From: Andalucia godoyi And28
Lineage: Eukaryota; Protista; Jakobida
Assembly: GCA_009859145.1 (NCBI GenBank)
Contig: VRVR01000053.1
Coordinates: 62,001-126,000, forward strand
Length of the DNA: 64,000 bases
Direction: 5' to 3'
This document shows, in pieces, positions 32,901-39,291 of the stretch. The notes under the pieces were generated by a model that saw only the letters and a list, made by a program, of their open reading frames with translations, had not been told where the DNA came from and ran no database searches. How positions within the stretch are numbered: the first letter of the stretch is position 1; each line of letters starts with the position of its first letter. Position numbers and translations under genes: made by a program.

Positions 32901-34347
32901 GGCTGAATTGCCTGTCCAGTCGAAAGATCACGTAGACTCTCTGTTTCGATTCAACGATCCGCAATTCTACGAGTATATCTTGGAGTATGTAGGAAGATGG
33001 ATGACTGCGACAGAATTGAAAAAGAATCATTCAGTGTTGGAGATCACGATACTGGCTGTTGATGCGTCCAAGTTCTACGGAAAGAAGTTTTTCCCATCAG
33101 TCGGGGTCACCAATTTTACTGTCGACCCATTTTGTAACGCGTCTCTTTCTTTCTTCGGCAGACTTCAGGTTTCCAGTTTGACTGCTCAGTTATTTGATTT
33201 GAAACATGATCTGCTTCCGTGTACGTCGATATCTCCGTTTTTGATAGGAAGCTTTGGTGATCGTCGAAGCCCAGCAGTCTTGCGATTGTTTGCAGAAGAC
33301 ACGCGTGGAGATAATGATTGGTATAATGTCGGTGACAAAGTTTACATAGAGTTTGATGAGCCAACGAATTCCCCGAATCTTTCTGCACAGTCTCTTCTCT
33401 GGACACCGAGCATTGCACAAGAACTTGCATTTCAATGGAGGACTCCGACTTTGTTGGAGATTCTTATAGTGAACGTAACGGAGAGCGTGCCTGTGCTTGG
33501 AAGCGTTTCCGTCGTATTCACGGATTGCACTATCAGATCTGAAGATTTCCTGTCCATGCCTACCCAAGGAAAGTATGAACTTCAAGACGGAAATTGGGGT
33601 GTTTTCAAGCAAAGCATCCTCTCTGGACAAGAAACATCTTCGACATTCGTGAGTGACTTCACTTCCGCGTTGGTCAGAATGAAATGGTATCAGACGTTGA
33701 TGATTTCAACATGCGGAATTTTGCTCCTTGCGGCGTTCATCTTGGAACTTTCGAGTATTATTCGCGATAGAAAGAAGCGGCGAACTCATCATACCCCTGT
33801 TTCTGCATTCGCCTGGAATGAAAGACCTGTTGAAAAGTCGGCCAAACGTGCCATTCCTCGTTCAGACGTTCGTCATTTTGAAAAAGGTGGTAATTCAGAA
33901 TTGCAAAACGAAGAACTTGCCAGATCTTCGCGCTACATTACATCGCCTTCGAATAGTATGATGCATCAGAGAGCGCTTTCTCCGCATGCTCCGAGTAATG
34001 ATTGGCACTCAGCTTATGTCCCGCTTCCTGGTGATACCTTGGATGAAATGCTCGGCAAGATTGTCGAAGAAGAGCAGGTTGAAGTGTTCGAAGGACAAAT
34101 TATTCGATTGGATCAACACGGCCATTATATAATGTTTGGCGAGAGAGTCTCCGTGTTTGCAAACAGCGCAGACGGATTCCAGCTTTGGGTTGAAATGCCT
34201 GGGGCCATCGACCGTCTGGGCAGCAGATTGATGCCCGCTCGAGACTTTCTGCTTGATAGATGTGCATTTTCGTTTAAATCGCATTTCAGTCAACAAATCG
34301 CAAACAGCCGACGCACGAAGAGGAGAAACAACAAAATCCAACAATAA
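17950..34347 (+). CDS. Giant type I membrane / cell-surface protein (5465 aa): signal peptide, DCCR-containing N-terminal domain, 39 Asp-rich ~125-aa repeats, one TM helix, ~195-aa cytoplasmic tail
   Basis: Single 16.4-kb open frame. Signal peptide MWRWILLPALFFQIVYS. Repeat consensus P.I..F...DPDD.D...S.GD.L.I.F...TN.P...G.W...L.G..G, counted 39 times. TM segment ~33685-33762 followed by RDRKKRR. Confidence 0.95.
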   Translation: MWRWILLPALFFQIVYSQDLYGAQLYSRWLGPSYLTFEITFLESVRLGFTYTPLTVLLGDGAIDTSSGILLRSYNASIGTVLEYERNIVHTYPVPKVWSVSVQDCCRVPLLNQQNLAYSSFRLEITVDCSSAAVSSSSFFLPRPVFPSVYEYEASQILSFRIPVTSRIKQRYRCSLSSAVPAPSRNGLGAVVSTDCWFSWAATFTLPGEAYVVQLLVADSSSSSSSLIEFLLVAIQRKHSVQCHVHSASEGPIELDPWTASLSVTSISPLFNDTTARFFSLSRTPSSTFPLEEGSRVSVPSTVNVTYSPLFPFEEIDRTWIVSAMFRDVNNSAHFCFLEFQVSRRMPSIRAFHVVDPTNNDSFLGIGDVFQIVFDSLVNTSAPYDSFLCFDPPLPSGLSVQSDFSNYTTTEYFKGRQGMLVNASVLTLRVLSVPAAFEFMLRSIDLVGITSAYVCSAALVDDSGFSVQSHFNSSFAVLTGSVGFRRPPHIVEFSVSDPDYSDGVLSVGDEFLVRFSEYVSIPAAPFSDFLEFLPLDRSLAVVTNWTVSWSNYNTTLRISVDALNFSNPLAFAPVIGMTSVKLKNNIVQDLYHKSIADDRDSLNSFVVLTGDFGRRVGPNVSSLVVYDRFSTSEDCGRGDVLVACFDYPTNSPRISSKIEIDLLFAFSSSIGDDYAGLWTNASCAEIEILISPVNSTFSPGLLSIFVIGPLRDFRKEMRPSVSSSAVLSGSCGLAMPNDSIVSLVAADPDNLDGVFSAGDTIDVQFNFNATMLEPFGNGTCGSERTNLDAVQAARILAFSHPFLVNFSLEISPGGKWTIRVLDVDVNAAPPPFGRFFLQVSSACIMGLHNASNANLRSPPLSGNWGELMAPRIVDFLAHDPDDGDNVLSQGDQLTVVFDRSTNSPTISASEELLRCFAFSPVLDIGLSAVWNDSRSVLLTVVQPLTASESRSYFLLGSLQIFVRRECFLRDDTNTSSVSESVSPVLRGNWGRRGPVFVDAPLAFDPGNRDAVFSNGDAIRLEFSEPTNTPPVNSKAEVDCWLSFSEPIGSAYHGFWSLNGTVLTLVVTEVGFVDAPRIGLFTVSVIGLLQSASGVSLVSNVTSPPLKGDWGTSRCLFVSSFSVVDTGSPSACQTYGSEDIFYIFVSRPVDMPLNSSVTLSHFNDHFEFSDNSLLDSSSTVTYVEDTQGAYFFRIQAAQSVSLQSRAPKIGVSRIGFRPSSDLMDAAHNCLPGNNSKAVLSGSYGVGVPVTIARFFAADLDDLDRVPSVGDVIWVEFSSNTSMPSVFPWANFVTVFSLDAMLSKSAVFAASWTRPDLLRLDVMAVLDESALISFVSGVAVKISVRSPSLLDTSRCSSLVFSISPQLTGNWGRLSPQLQSISFDDPDDLDAILSVGDRLCLYFDSSTNQPTLSGGLLEYVDFVSNPNALNNATFSSLWLNTSTLCFTITSLPAAVVLPVIGFDVLHIRSSAGIQLAGHGSLNSTSSAVLAGNFGTLPGPAIISFVASDPDNLDGIFSAFDVFLVTFDGPTNCPNVNSKFLIDQLILFSGAGFGADYNATWLTLATLKIVVLNVGTLTRASSPRVGSYRISIRSSGNLKNSMNTSLPSSAWSPVLSGSLGAYSGPSIVDFVISDPIDVDHSCGAGDVLEIHFSEPTNMPPLQFLAGSTPQTKYMSPLDSVFSFTASIGASYRGYWHNASVARVEILLSSSVVSSIQIGSLRVTSLANGDIANQGGFSQASASVSPALRGSCGYGGPSITSLTAIDADDADGVFSADDELVITFSEDTNTPDISRMDLVDEVFYVPPPYSLGTNYTGEWADPRTARIHVRNAAIPAGFFYPLVGALDFFIQVKNTSGLADGSGLGNLSFSLSPALAGSWGNRQGPYITSIIADGDDAVDGIYGAGDVLYVTFNESTNEPPMTTHAQLVAGFFVCHTPPSCIDPNGHTLGTLTSGRWVNSSVLLITILIPGTTIASTPIIGRTLIAPRQTANLRNSGSWSLVSSSPSPSLVGDWGLFPGPRIIEFSCRDPTDSDYWYGNGDEIMIRFDSGTNTPPVSTMSQFDALFNFSHVIGKMYKAMWKNDRVLIISVSDVTNGTLQLNETQVSILSSIRNSAGISSVRVGELSPFLSGDFGKKGPFILSYVVSAPNPATDGIFGETDVISIEFSTPTNVPPLSTKALVDSVFFFKPPIGQNYSGSWTSSTTAVITITAFSGVPRESRPQIGASTVRVRETLRNDSLTSYVSVSESPLLSGFVGNRSGPAIVSFDISDPDNSDRVLSIGDVLDICFSEPTSIPLLSSTAAVNSVFSFSASIGAAYSGLWSNSSCARIALLNISGNDIRLGNLSVSVQSGVLYDASSVSLATTPVFCCPLQGNMGLQGPQIVSFVADDPDQADGIVSSGDTLKICFDLPTNRPEILAHNQVISIFRFSAPIGQNSTGTWETDCCALITIEDATTSSEFETAVGHLRVSVIGNLRDSNSSLLPSNSSSGPVTGTFGDRAGPRIVFFDVFDTDDLDRVWSAGDVLRLCFNESTNTPEISTPEAVSSCFAFSPVLTGVAFSGTWFNSSCADLTVISLDFGSAPPLLHVTIVEVRFSAALRDAKNVSRRSTSQSPPLTGNFGRFPPNISGFEVSDPDDLDRVLSSGDVLTIEFDIPTNTPAVSSSSEIFQVFGFSNNHSFASALQDISGLWVTDRTVVLNLTFRNSPMASTLILGQSVVFVLPSGRLYDRSLSSIPSYQTSPPLSGSFGRFPPQLVKMEANDPDNSDIFYSVGDEIVLTFDVPTCKPDLTSKVNVDAMLNFSIPIGLMYDGLWDASGKVLRVRILIAYPYPADVSTNALLFSRLNVTFGGNFLWGEDRLLLPLVGFSNVNLTGSFGERASPIVSAFVASDPDDGDFQMYSIGDVLDLQFSEATNQPPLFQYLVFSHSVGILNGYWLSPSIFRLVVLNVSHANVTIGNLSVAIPENANLRSAGNVSYALDCSGVVLAGNFGRLPPHIVASYVYDPADDDNVWNTEDVLQVVFNSPTNRPNIGSSSNVNSLILIEDLFGVPLLPITSFVGYWNNEGDVLTLVVQVAGAPIVPGLHVVRLRTSGNLRDSSGVSLPSSARSPAISGNVGRFPPTILAFVADDPDDLDRIYSDDDTLMIVFDRPTNQPPLSNLSSVLVFSNPSSVATNVSASWLNSSTILIKMLTVIPDALLIGNSFVSVLSSANVTDPLGILNPCNSSSPFLSGDFGRFPLRVVSFSVRDDDNTDIYFGIGDEFVLDFEGPTNQPFMGSKSLVDSQIAFSTSIGDNYFGYWESSSRLVIQVLAESSSPVYGKTNATNVFLFAHLNATLRGLSIQDNLLFLNPSCATTPALQGTFGERKGPRILAFIAADPDDNDFQVWSVDDTLTLLFSEDTNMVDIAPFLEFSDSVGVWRGIWVSPKAYTLTITDVSNSLPIIGSSNVTLRDSGGLRSAGNGSYVTHETSPPLAGTFGRKPPQILSCHVWDSTDGDHVFGPGDLVQLVFDSPTNRLDVQSVDNASLYFQMLLPPQNLSATFTGSWWNDTVLLLNVSGFSGIQPVVNQSRFRPLQFGNTGVQDPTLYSIFSTQASPPCEGTFGRRAPFVVSLQALDPYNDDRVWDEGDKIRIHFNRPTNQPLVNNKTAIDNLVRWIPFPLANSYNGEWLNSSVLEITFRDVLSTGPLIHNTTIAILPQGRLQDSTLTSLIANETSAVSLSGNLGLLGPQIRAFWVRDPTNSSVYLQDGDQFIIDWEMPTSQPPLASKALVDLEFNFSMPLGLNYSGSWLSSSRLAITVLAAWPDYVSVPSTLDSFFANLTVSVLGRSIRNASLDLVPSLARTARGALGGSFGYRLGPSIVSVVCDDPDDGDFQVFGAGDTVTILFSEATSMPSGIGSFLTFNQPFGQFVWTWADNRTLVLDVTDGQGKQPDIASLRVSVPFEADLRAAGNVSLPSNTTSAVGGTRGDWGRRSPIPIAAWVDDPDNADYYFSAGDAVYVMFDMPTNQLSYTGTSVVADCFVFQGLSSGTVVNATGAWHNATTLLLTVTAVATVNGKLLEHEDVVGLMAVSVLSCANVTEHTSYSLPASSVSSPNVTGTVGLQAPFVVKWWADDPDDGDRVWSDGDELFVLFNRPTNTPIIASFDALQRLLGVVASTTRSGVSNGIGLNATAWWQNSTLLVVHLLNVSAVGDFVVMQTRVCVFWSGGLRDHAGRSLVSNQTSGPVLDGDVGLLGPQIRAFWVRDPTNSSVYLQDGDQFIIDWEMPTSQPPLASKALVDLEFNFSMPLGLNYSGSWLSSSRLAITVLAAWPDYVSVPSTLDSFFANLTVSVLGRSIRNASLDLVPSLARTARGALGGSFGYRLGPSIVSVVCDDPDDGDFQVFGAGDTVTILFSEATSMPSGIGSFLTFNQPFGQFVWTWADNRTLVLDVTDGQGKQPDIASLRVSVPFEADLRAAGNVSLPSNTTSAVGGTRGDFGLCAPKIQFFVVYDLFNADYVFSTSDRFVLVFDVPTNQMDVSSPQDVEKLFAFYPPLNADLRFCGAWLNSSAIVFEAQVSNFSSPPIIGSQTICTRPLSGIRDSHNSSVDVGISCAVLSGDFGRMAPYIVSSWFDDPDDADRYWSSGDMLFVAFDRATSSPPFSSLFTVDDLFEFQNIRDPSLPVCLDWIAHWMNSSLVKLQCNAAVDGQLIPNVAAIAVKSTAGLTSADGISFLSSAGYGPIGGHVGRLGPQIAKFCVRDVLNDDIHFGQSDCFEVWFDLPTNRPELPPYSLFNFSLPDLAKNFTWSWHNSSVYEFCASTPNFELYPPDVETANQIMSTLVISVQCDLRSADLYSVPSRSLSFLSGSFGDRSGPRIIGFEVFDPDDLDRDWSTGDVLILTFSEATNTPQPVSIFDLLMFSDDPGPLTYHWQNSSTLVMTSLGHNSVSSFRLGVSCVSVLSSVVHLRDSLNKSLASIARSSPLSGTFGRMAPVMTSLLAVPSTASLDARLSVGDRFRIVFDVEMAELPVQSKDHVDSLFRFNDPQFYEYILEYVGRWMTATELKKNHSVLEITILAVDASKFYGKKFFPSVGVTNFTVDPFCNASLSFFGRLQVSSLTAQLFDLKHDLLPCTSISPFLIGSFGDRRSPAVLRLFAEDTRGDNDWYNVGDKVYIEFDEPTNSPNLSAQSLLWTPSIAQELAFQWRTPTLLEILIVNVTESVPVLGSVSVVFTDCTIRSEDFLSMPTQGKYELQDGNWGVFKQSILSGQETSSTFVSDFTSALVRMKWYQTLMISTCGILLLAAFILELSSIIRDRKKRRTHHTPVSAFAWNERPVEKSAKRAIPRSDVRHFEKGGNSELQNEELARSSRYITSPSNSMMHQRALSPHAPSNDWHSAYVPLPGDTLDEMLGKIVEEEQVEVFEGQIIRLDQHGHYIMFGERVSVFANSADGFQLWVEMPGAIDRLGSRLMPARDFLLDRCAFSFKSHFSQQIANSRRTKRRNNKIQQ
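29078..29812 (+). repeat. Direct repeat copy 1 (735 bp, two protein repeats) inside the giant gene
   Basis: Appears identical to 30593-31327 (offset 1515 bp). The ORF track gives identical off-frame peptides for both copies. Confidence 0.95.
30593..31327 (+). repeat. Direct repeat copy 2 (735 bp)
   Basis: Appears identical to 29078-29812. Confidence 0.95.
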
Positions 34348-34479
34348 AAGTCTTTGAAACCAACGGAGACAAGTTTCCGTTTGTGAGCACATTGTCTAGG
34401 GTCAAATCCCACCTTGTCATCTGAAAACGTATGTTGAAGCGTTATCCTGTTGGCTAATCGAACTCTTGACAGAGTCACC

Positions 34480-35580
34480 GACACTACTGGGGGTTAACAG
34501 CCTGTCGCACAGACGGATTGCAAGGGAAAAGATGCACAACGTCGAAATGTCCTCAAATCGGCTCTGTATTTTTAACAGCCTATATCATCCAGATGCAAGA
34601 ATGTCGAGAAACCCGTCCTCAGTCAAAATGTCCTGCATTCAACAGAGTATGGGAAATCTGTGATTTCTGCTGCCACGGCACGGACAACGAAAACTCCATT
34701 ACGTTAAAGAAAGGAGTGACTCGTAATGGAGTGAATGGCTCGCACATCCCACATAACCAAAACACAAACGGAATCGAATAAATAATGCAACAATAAGGGG
34801 CAATGATGTTGCTGTAATGGAATCACTCATAAAATCGTCACCGCAAGCCACTTCACCGCGGAACCTAGTTATCGCGTGAGAAAGTCGCAGTATGAAACGC
34901 CTGAGTCTGTGGATGCTTCCGTAGAAAATCGAGGAACCGGCAATTCAGAAAACGTGGGTGCCAAATGCAGACTGCATCATGAGAAATGCTGAAACGGATC
35001 GCCAAACTGCTGCCAGCGAGAACGCCAGCCACCGCATGAATGTGCTTTCGAATGTCTATAGAGCAATCCTCATCTTATCTGGAAATGCATCAGATGTCTT
35101 TTGGATGGCAGGGGTGAGAAATTGTGAAAATAAGTTACCGTTGCTTCAGCACAACTTGCCAAAATAACAAAAAAAAAATGGATGCCGCCGCAGATGAGTG
35201 CAACAAGATTTTGTCATGTAACGGTGATAATCAGCGATATCTCCTTTTAACAGCAAGACATTCTCGTTTTGATGGTGAGAAGACGATGAATAAGATCTCG
35301 GATCAACTTAAATTGTAAGGTGCTTCTTTGAAGACATTCTTGAATACCAAACAGTCAGCGACAATTCAACCAAATGTTTTTTCCTCCTAGCCTAAGCCAG
35401 CAACAGTTGGAAGAAGGGTGACAAGAATTATACGAATAAATAAGACCCGCTAGTTCAGATCTATCCAGAAAGTTATCCAAACGTGCCGTAGCCATCAGCA
35501 GAGGACCAGGGTGTGGAGATGGCTACTTCAAACCAAAGAAGGAGGACTACCGGCCAAAAGGAGAGTTTTCCGGTTGTTCG
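34480..35580 (-). pseudogene. Possible decayed GT-B (GT4-like) glycosyltransferase pseudogene
   Basis: Stop-riddled minus-strand frames give, in plausible order, KTLLLAGSPP..HLHTL.LC.WLR, then HIHAVAGVLAG..LA....AVCIWH, then TLLNAGHFD.G. The resemblance is weak and by eye only. Confidence 0.25.
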
Positions 35581-37429
35581 TCGGAGCCACGTTTGTTGTG
35601 GAGTTCTTGAAATCTGAAAACGTGACCAGAAGATCCAGCAGCTGTCTGCGCATCGTTCTTTCGTGCATTTTCGGTATAGCAACCTTTACATCCGGAAAAT
35701 CACTTATAAAGTTCGTGGTTGGAATTTCGTTCATCGCATTTCTTTGGGTATTCGGAATTCTGTTAGAGTAAAGCAACTACAACTCTTGTTGGGATCTGTC
35801 CTGGGCATCTTCTTTTCGGAATGGAGTTAGCGGATATCAGATCCTTTTTCATGACAAGATTGCGTTTCATAACGGTTTTCAAACAGAAAGTCTCGCTGAT
35901 TTTCGCGTCTTCTTTTCGCCGGATGTGATACACTCTGTTTTCGTTTCAGTGTGAATATAACTGTAACATGGTGGTGCTTTTTTGATCCGCAGGTTGTCAC
36001 TTTCATTCGGAACGGAATGTATGCAGTCTCCACAGCATTTTGGAACTGTACATTCTCTTCAGTGCGGCTTGTAATAGGACTTTTAACGGACTGTCAGACC
36101 CAACATTTTTTTCGAAAATACGTACATTTCTAGCCTAACTTTGCAGTTGCGTGTCCTGCTGCATGTTCGTCGGACGAGACAACCCGCTTTCGCTTCACTG
36201 TCGTTTTGTGTAGTCGTGTGTTTTCCAGAAAAACTTACGGTAAGATTTTGATTCCAACGTTGAGACTTTTTCACTGGGTTCGAGAACCATGCGTAGGTGT
36301 CTGACGAAAGTGATGACTGACGTTCGTCAACCTAATGTTTCATCTTTTTTGCGCTGATTGCTTTGTTTCTTGGTCCGTTCTGATTAAAAAGCTGTTTGTA
36401 ACCGAAGTGGGGACTTCGAAATTTACTCAGATGCGCAATGTTTAATTGCAGACCGTTGCCTTCCGCCCACGCATTATTCGACAGAATCGGACAGTCGTCA
36501 GCTATCTCTGTCGGATGTCATGGGTTTCAATGACACCGCCAAAAGCTAAATGTTCATGATTTTCCATCGTCCGTGACATGTCAATGAAGGAATATGCACG
36601 TCTGCTGTCGCAGTTTCCGTTGAGGGTTTTTCCAGGTTCCGAACCGCTGTCCAACAATAGTTTGAGGCGATTCTCCATTTATCCCGCTCACCAAAAACCA
36701 TGAATTGTTACTGATTATTATGTTGAGTAACAGTGTCTGAATTGACGCACGTATGACGTATGAGGTTATAGCAGAGAAGTGCTCTGAGTTCGTATTTAAG
36801 GAGCTGTTTGTTTATTTGTTTGTTAGTCTGTTTTTGTTTTCTCTCTGTAATAAATTACACACAAAACCATCTTTTATTATCCCTGGTTATATCTTTAACT
36901 GGATATATTACAATATATTATCGGTAAGATGTCACCGAAGACAGATCCAAAGCCACATGTTTTGTTTGCTCCTTTAACTGAGGACGAGGACCAGCTCTTC
37001 CATGCACTTTGCTCTGCCTGGAAGGAGCGTCGCAGCCACGAGTTTCTTGGTTCTCGGCCTCTTCAGGCATGGCCGGTGTGCGTTGTCGGGAAGATTCCTC
37101 TTTGGAGCCACGAGATATTTTGTCTCAGATGAAAGGTGGTGCTTGAGGGTTCGGTTATATAAAATAAGCAGAAAAAACGCGAAGAATGAAGAAATTCTGG
37201 ATATGCGAACGGTAAGGAAATCGCGTCCCCATTGGGTGAGATAAGCAACTTCCGGGATGATGTTGTTTATTTGCTGTTCATGCGCAAAACGGTGTGCCGC
37301 TTGGTTAAACACTGATCAACAATAATAACGAGTTTCAAAACTGCGCATGGAAACCGGGGGGGTCTAATTGCAGTCTCAAAATTGCCAACTGGAGACGTTA
37401 TGGCGAAGCTGCTCCCTTTTTCATGAAAA

Positions 37430-37580
37430 TGGTTCAGCGCTTCCCATAACAAGTATGTTGTTGGGTGTTTTCAGTCCCACGCAAACACCTCCCCCTTATT
37501 ACGAGGAGGTTGAAAAGGGGCTTGGGTGTTGGCAGACTCCAATGTAGTCTCCAATACACTCCACACCCAAGATCGCAACG
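37430..37580 (-). ncRNA. Putative omegaRNA scaffold of Fz-B, overlapping the ORF 3' end
   Basis: Perfect 9-bp CTTGGGTGT/ACACCCAAG stem enclosing GGAGTCT; ACCTCCTC/GGGGAGGT hairpin; TGCGTGGGACTG (37483-37472); CCCA..TGGG hairpin (37465-37443). Confidence 0.55.
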
Positions 37581-39063
37581 TTTCTCGCACCATGCTGGTC
37601 ACGAGGTTGCGAATACGTGCATCCCGCGTGGGGACACTGTGACGTCTTCACTCTGTTTCTGGCACATCTTCTGGGTGTTCAATGGCGGGAACAGGATATG
37701 ATCAGCATTCTGGCACACTGCCTTGGCAATGCGTACATGTCCATCATGTTGCATGTTCTGAATGCGGTGCGAAATGTTGCGCATCTTGTGCCGGGCATTC
37801 CGTCTTGCCGTTTTCGACATGCGAGTCGTCTCGGTGGCGCGTTTCGATTGCAATTTCTGATAGCGTTTCTGGGGTTTGATCAGCGTCCAGGCTCGCCTCG
37901 GAGAACTCATATTCCTTGTAATTCCCACAGCCATCATAAACAGTCTGGAAGACACGGCCTCCGCCATCGCAGCTGTTCATGACAACCATGTCCCCGGTTT
38001 TCGCCTTGGGTGGTGCCATGGATCGCGCGACTGGGACAATCAGAAAAGTATCGTCCTTGGACTTAGGAAATGGAACACGTGCGCAGGACATTGAAAACCG
38101 AGCCGCTACTACCACCTTGGGGTTTCTCACGTAGCCGTCGAATTTCACGCTCCGCCTCCCTTCCTCGTTTCCACAATTTGATGGTGCTTCCGGGAATGAA
38201 AGTGGACCAGAAAGCAGCACCTTCCTCGACCGACAATTGGACGGGAGGTTTTCCACCATTCTTGGGAACCTTGAAGCTGCGATGATCGGAATGCTTGTCT
38301 CGCGGTCTCACGACTAAGCGTTTCGGACAACGTCTCGTGTTCTTCGTCAGCCTGGAGTCGGGGTTCGGAAAACATGTCGATCCATCTTTCGGGATCTTGC
38401 AGGGACATTGCGTTTCTGGTAAAGGAAGACGCAGTTGTTATACGCATCGTCCCAGAGATCGAGCATCTGATAAAGTTTCAACTTCTGTTCTTCGGTGGGT
38501 CCGCAGGCAAATCTTGAATGCGTACATAGCCAAACCGGGAGGTAGCTTCTTCTCGTCATCCCGCTCACATGCCTCCGATTTGGGGTTCGACTTAGACGCC
38601 TGAGGCTTCCCCCGGAGGCTCGTCTTCTGTTTTCCACGGAAACGGTTCTTCTCGTGGATTTTCTGTTTCTTGGGTTTGGGACTTTGCTGAAGCAGCCGCG
38701 GGTTTAGATTTCGTCTTCGCTTCGGGTTTCTTTTTTGGGAGCCGGTTTCTTTGTCTCCCTAGGAACAATCTTAAGTTTCGCCAAGTTGGCTTGGATCGTG
38801 GCAGGATCGAACAAACGCACCGTCGGCAGACTTTCCGGAGTCGAGTTGATTGTGCGCACGCTGACCCAGCTGTGTTCCAGCTTTCCGGAACGAACGACTG
38901 GGGGTGGTCATGTCCCGCAGGCATCTGCTGCGCAAGCAACCTTTTGCGCTCAATATCTACCCAAGGCACCGTTCGAGCGACGTCGGAAGGAGGGTCTGGG
39001 AGTCTTCCTAAGGCGCTTCTTGTCGGATTTGCGACCTCCTGGAAGGCTGCGTCTCCGAGTCAT
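37430..39063 (-). mobile_element. Fz-B: degraded near-full-length Fanzor2 (IS607-TnpB-like) element; ends approximate
   Basis: Domains in correct order across frameshifts: basic N-terminal extension; MYAFKICLR[+A at 38500]PTEEQKLKLYQMLDLWDDAYNNCV; WED (RPRDK..RSFKVPK, DTFLIVPV); RuvC-I SCDGGGRVFQTVYD (Asp at 37968); helical YQKLQSK...RIQNMQHDGH; RuvC-II ILFPP (~37697-37683); zinc-finger half plus RuvC-III CPHAGC..PRDQHGARNV (RDQHGARNV at 37603-37577); stop at 37499-37501. Confidence 0.92.
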
Positions 39064-39291
39064 TCTTCTGCTGTTTTCTTGCTGTTGAGAAAAACGAGGA
39101 TTGTGCGTTGGGATTTCGGGAAAGATGGAAAAAGAAAATCGTGGAAATGCGTATGTTTTATGTCAGCCGTAGCCCACGATATTTTTCTCAGCGGAGAGTC
39201 GGAAAATCTCACTTCTTTCTCCTGACGTCTTTTTCCAAAATTCCCATTTTTCTCCTATTATTCCAATCCATGCAATTCACATATACCCACA

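Noticed and set aside
18990-33600. Regularly spaced repeats considered as a possible CRISPR-like array
   Set aside because: They are degenerate ~375-bp coding repeats in one open frame, with no short identical repeats separated by unique spacers.
34964-34978. ATGCAGACTGCAT resembling the Fz-A/C 13-mer
   Set aside because: One base short, self-complementary, and lacking the flanking GGRGYCT, hairpins and RuvC-III remnant.
36620-36680. LLLDSGSE resembling a retroviral aspartic protease motif
   Set aside because: No RT, integrase, gag or LTR evidence nearby; a short motif like this is expected by chance.
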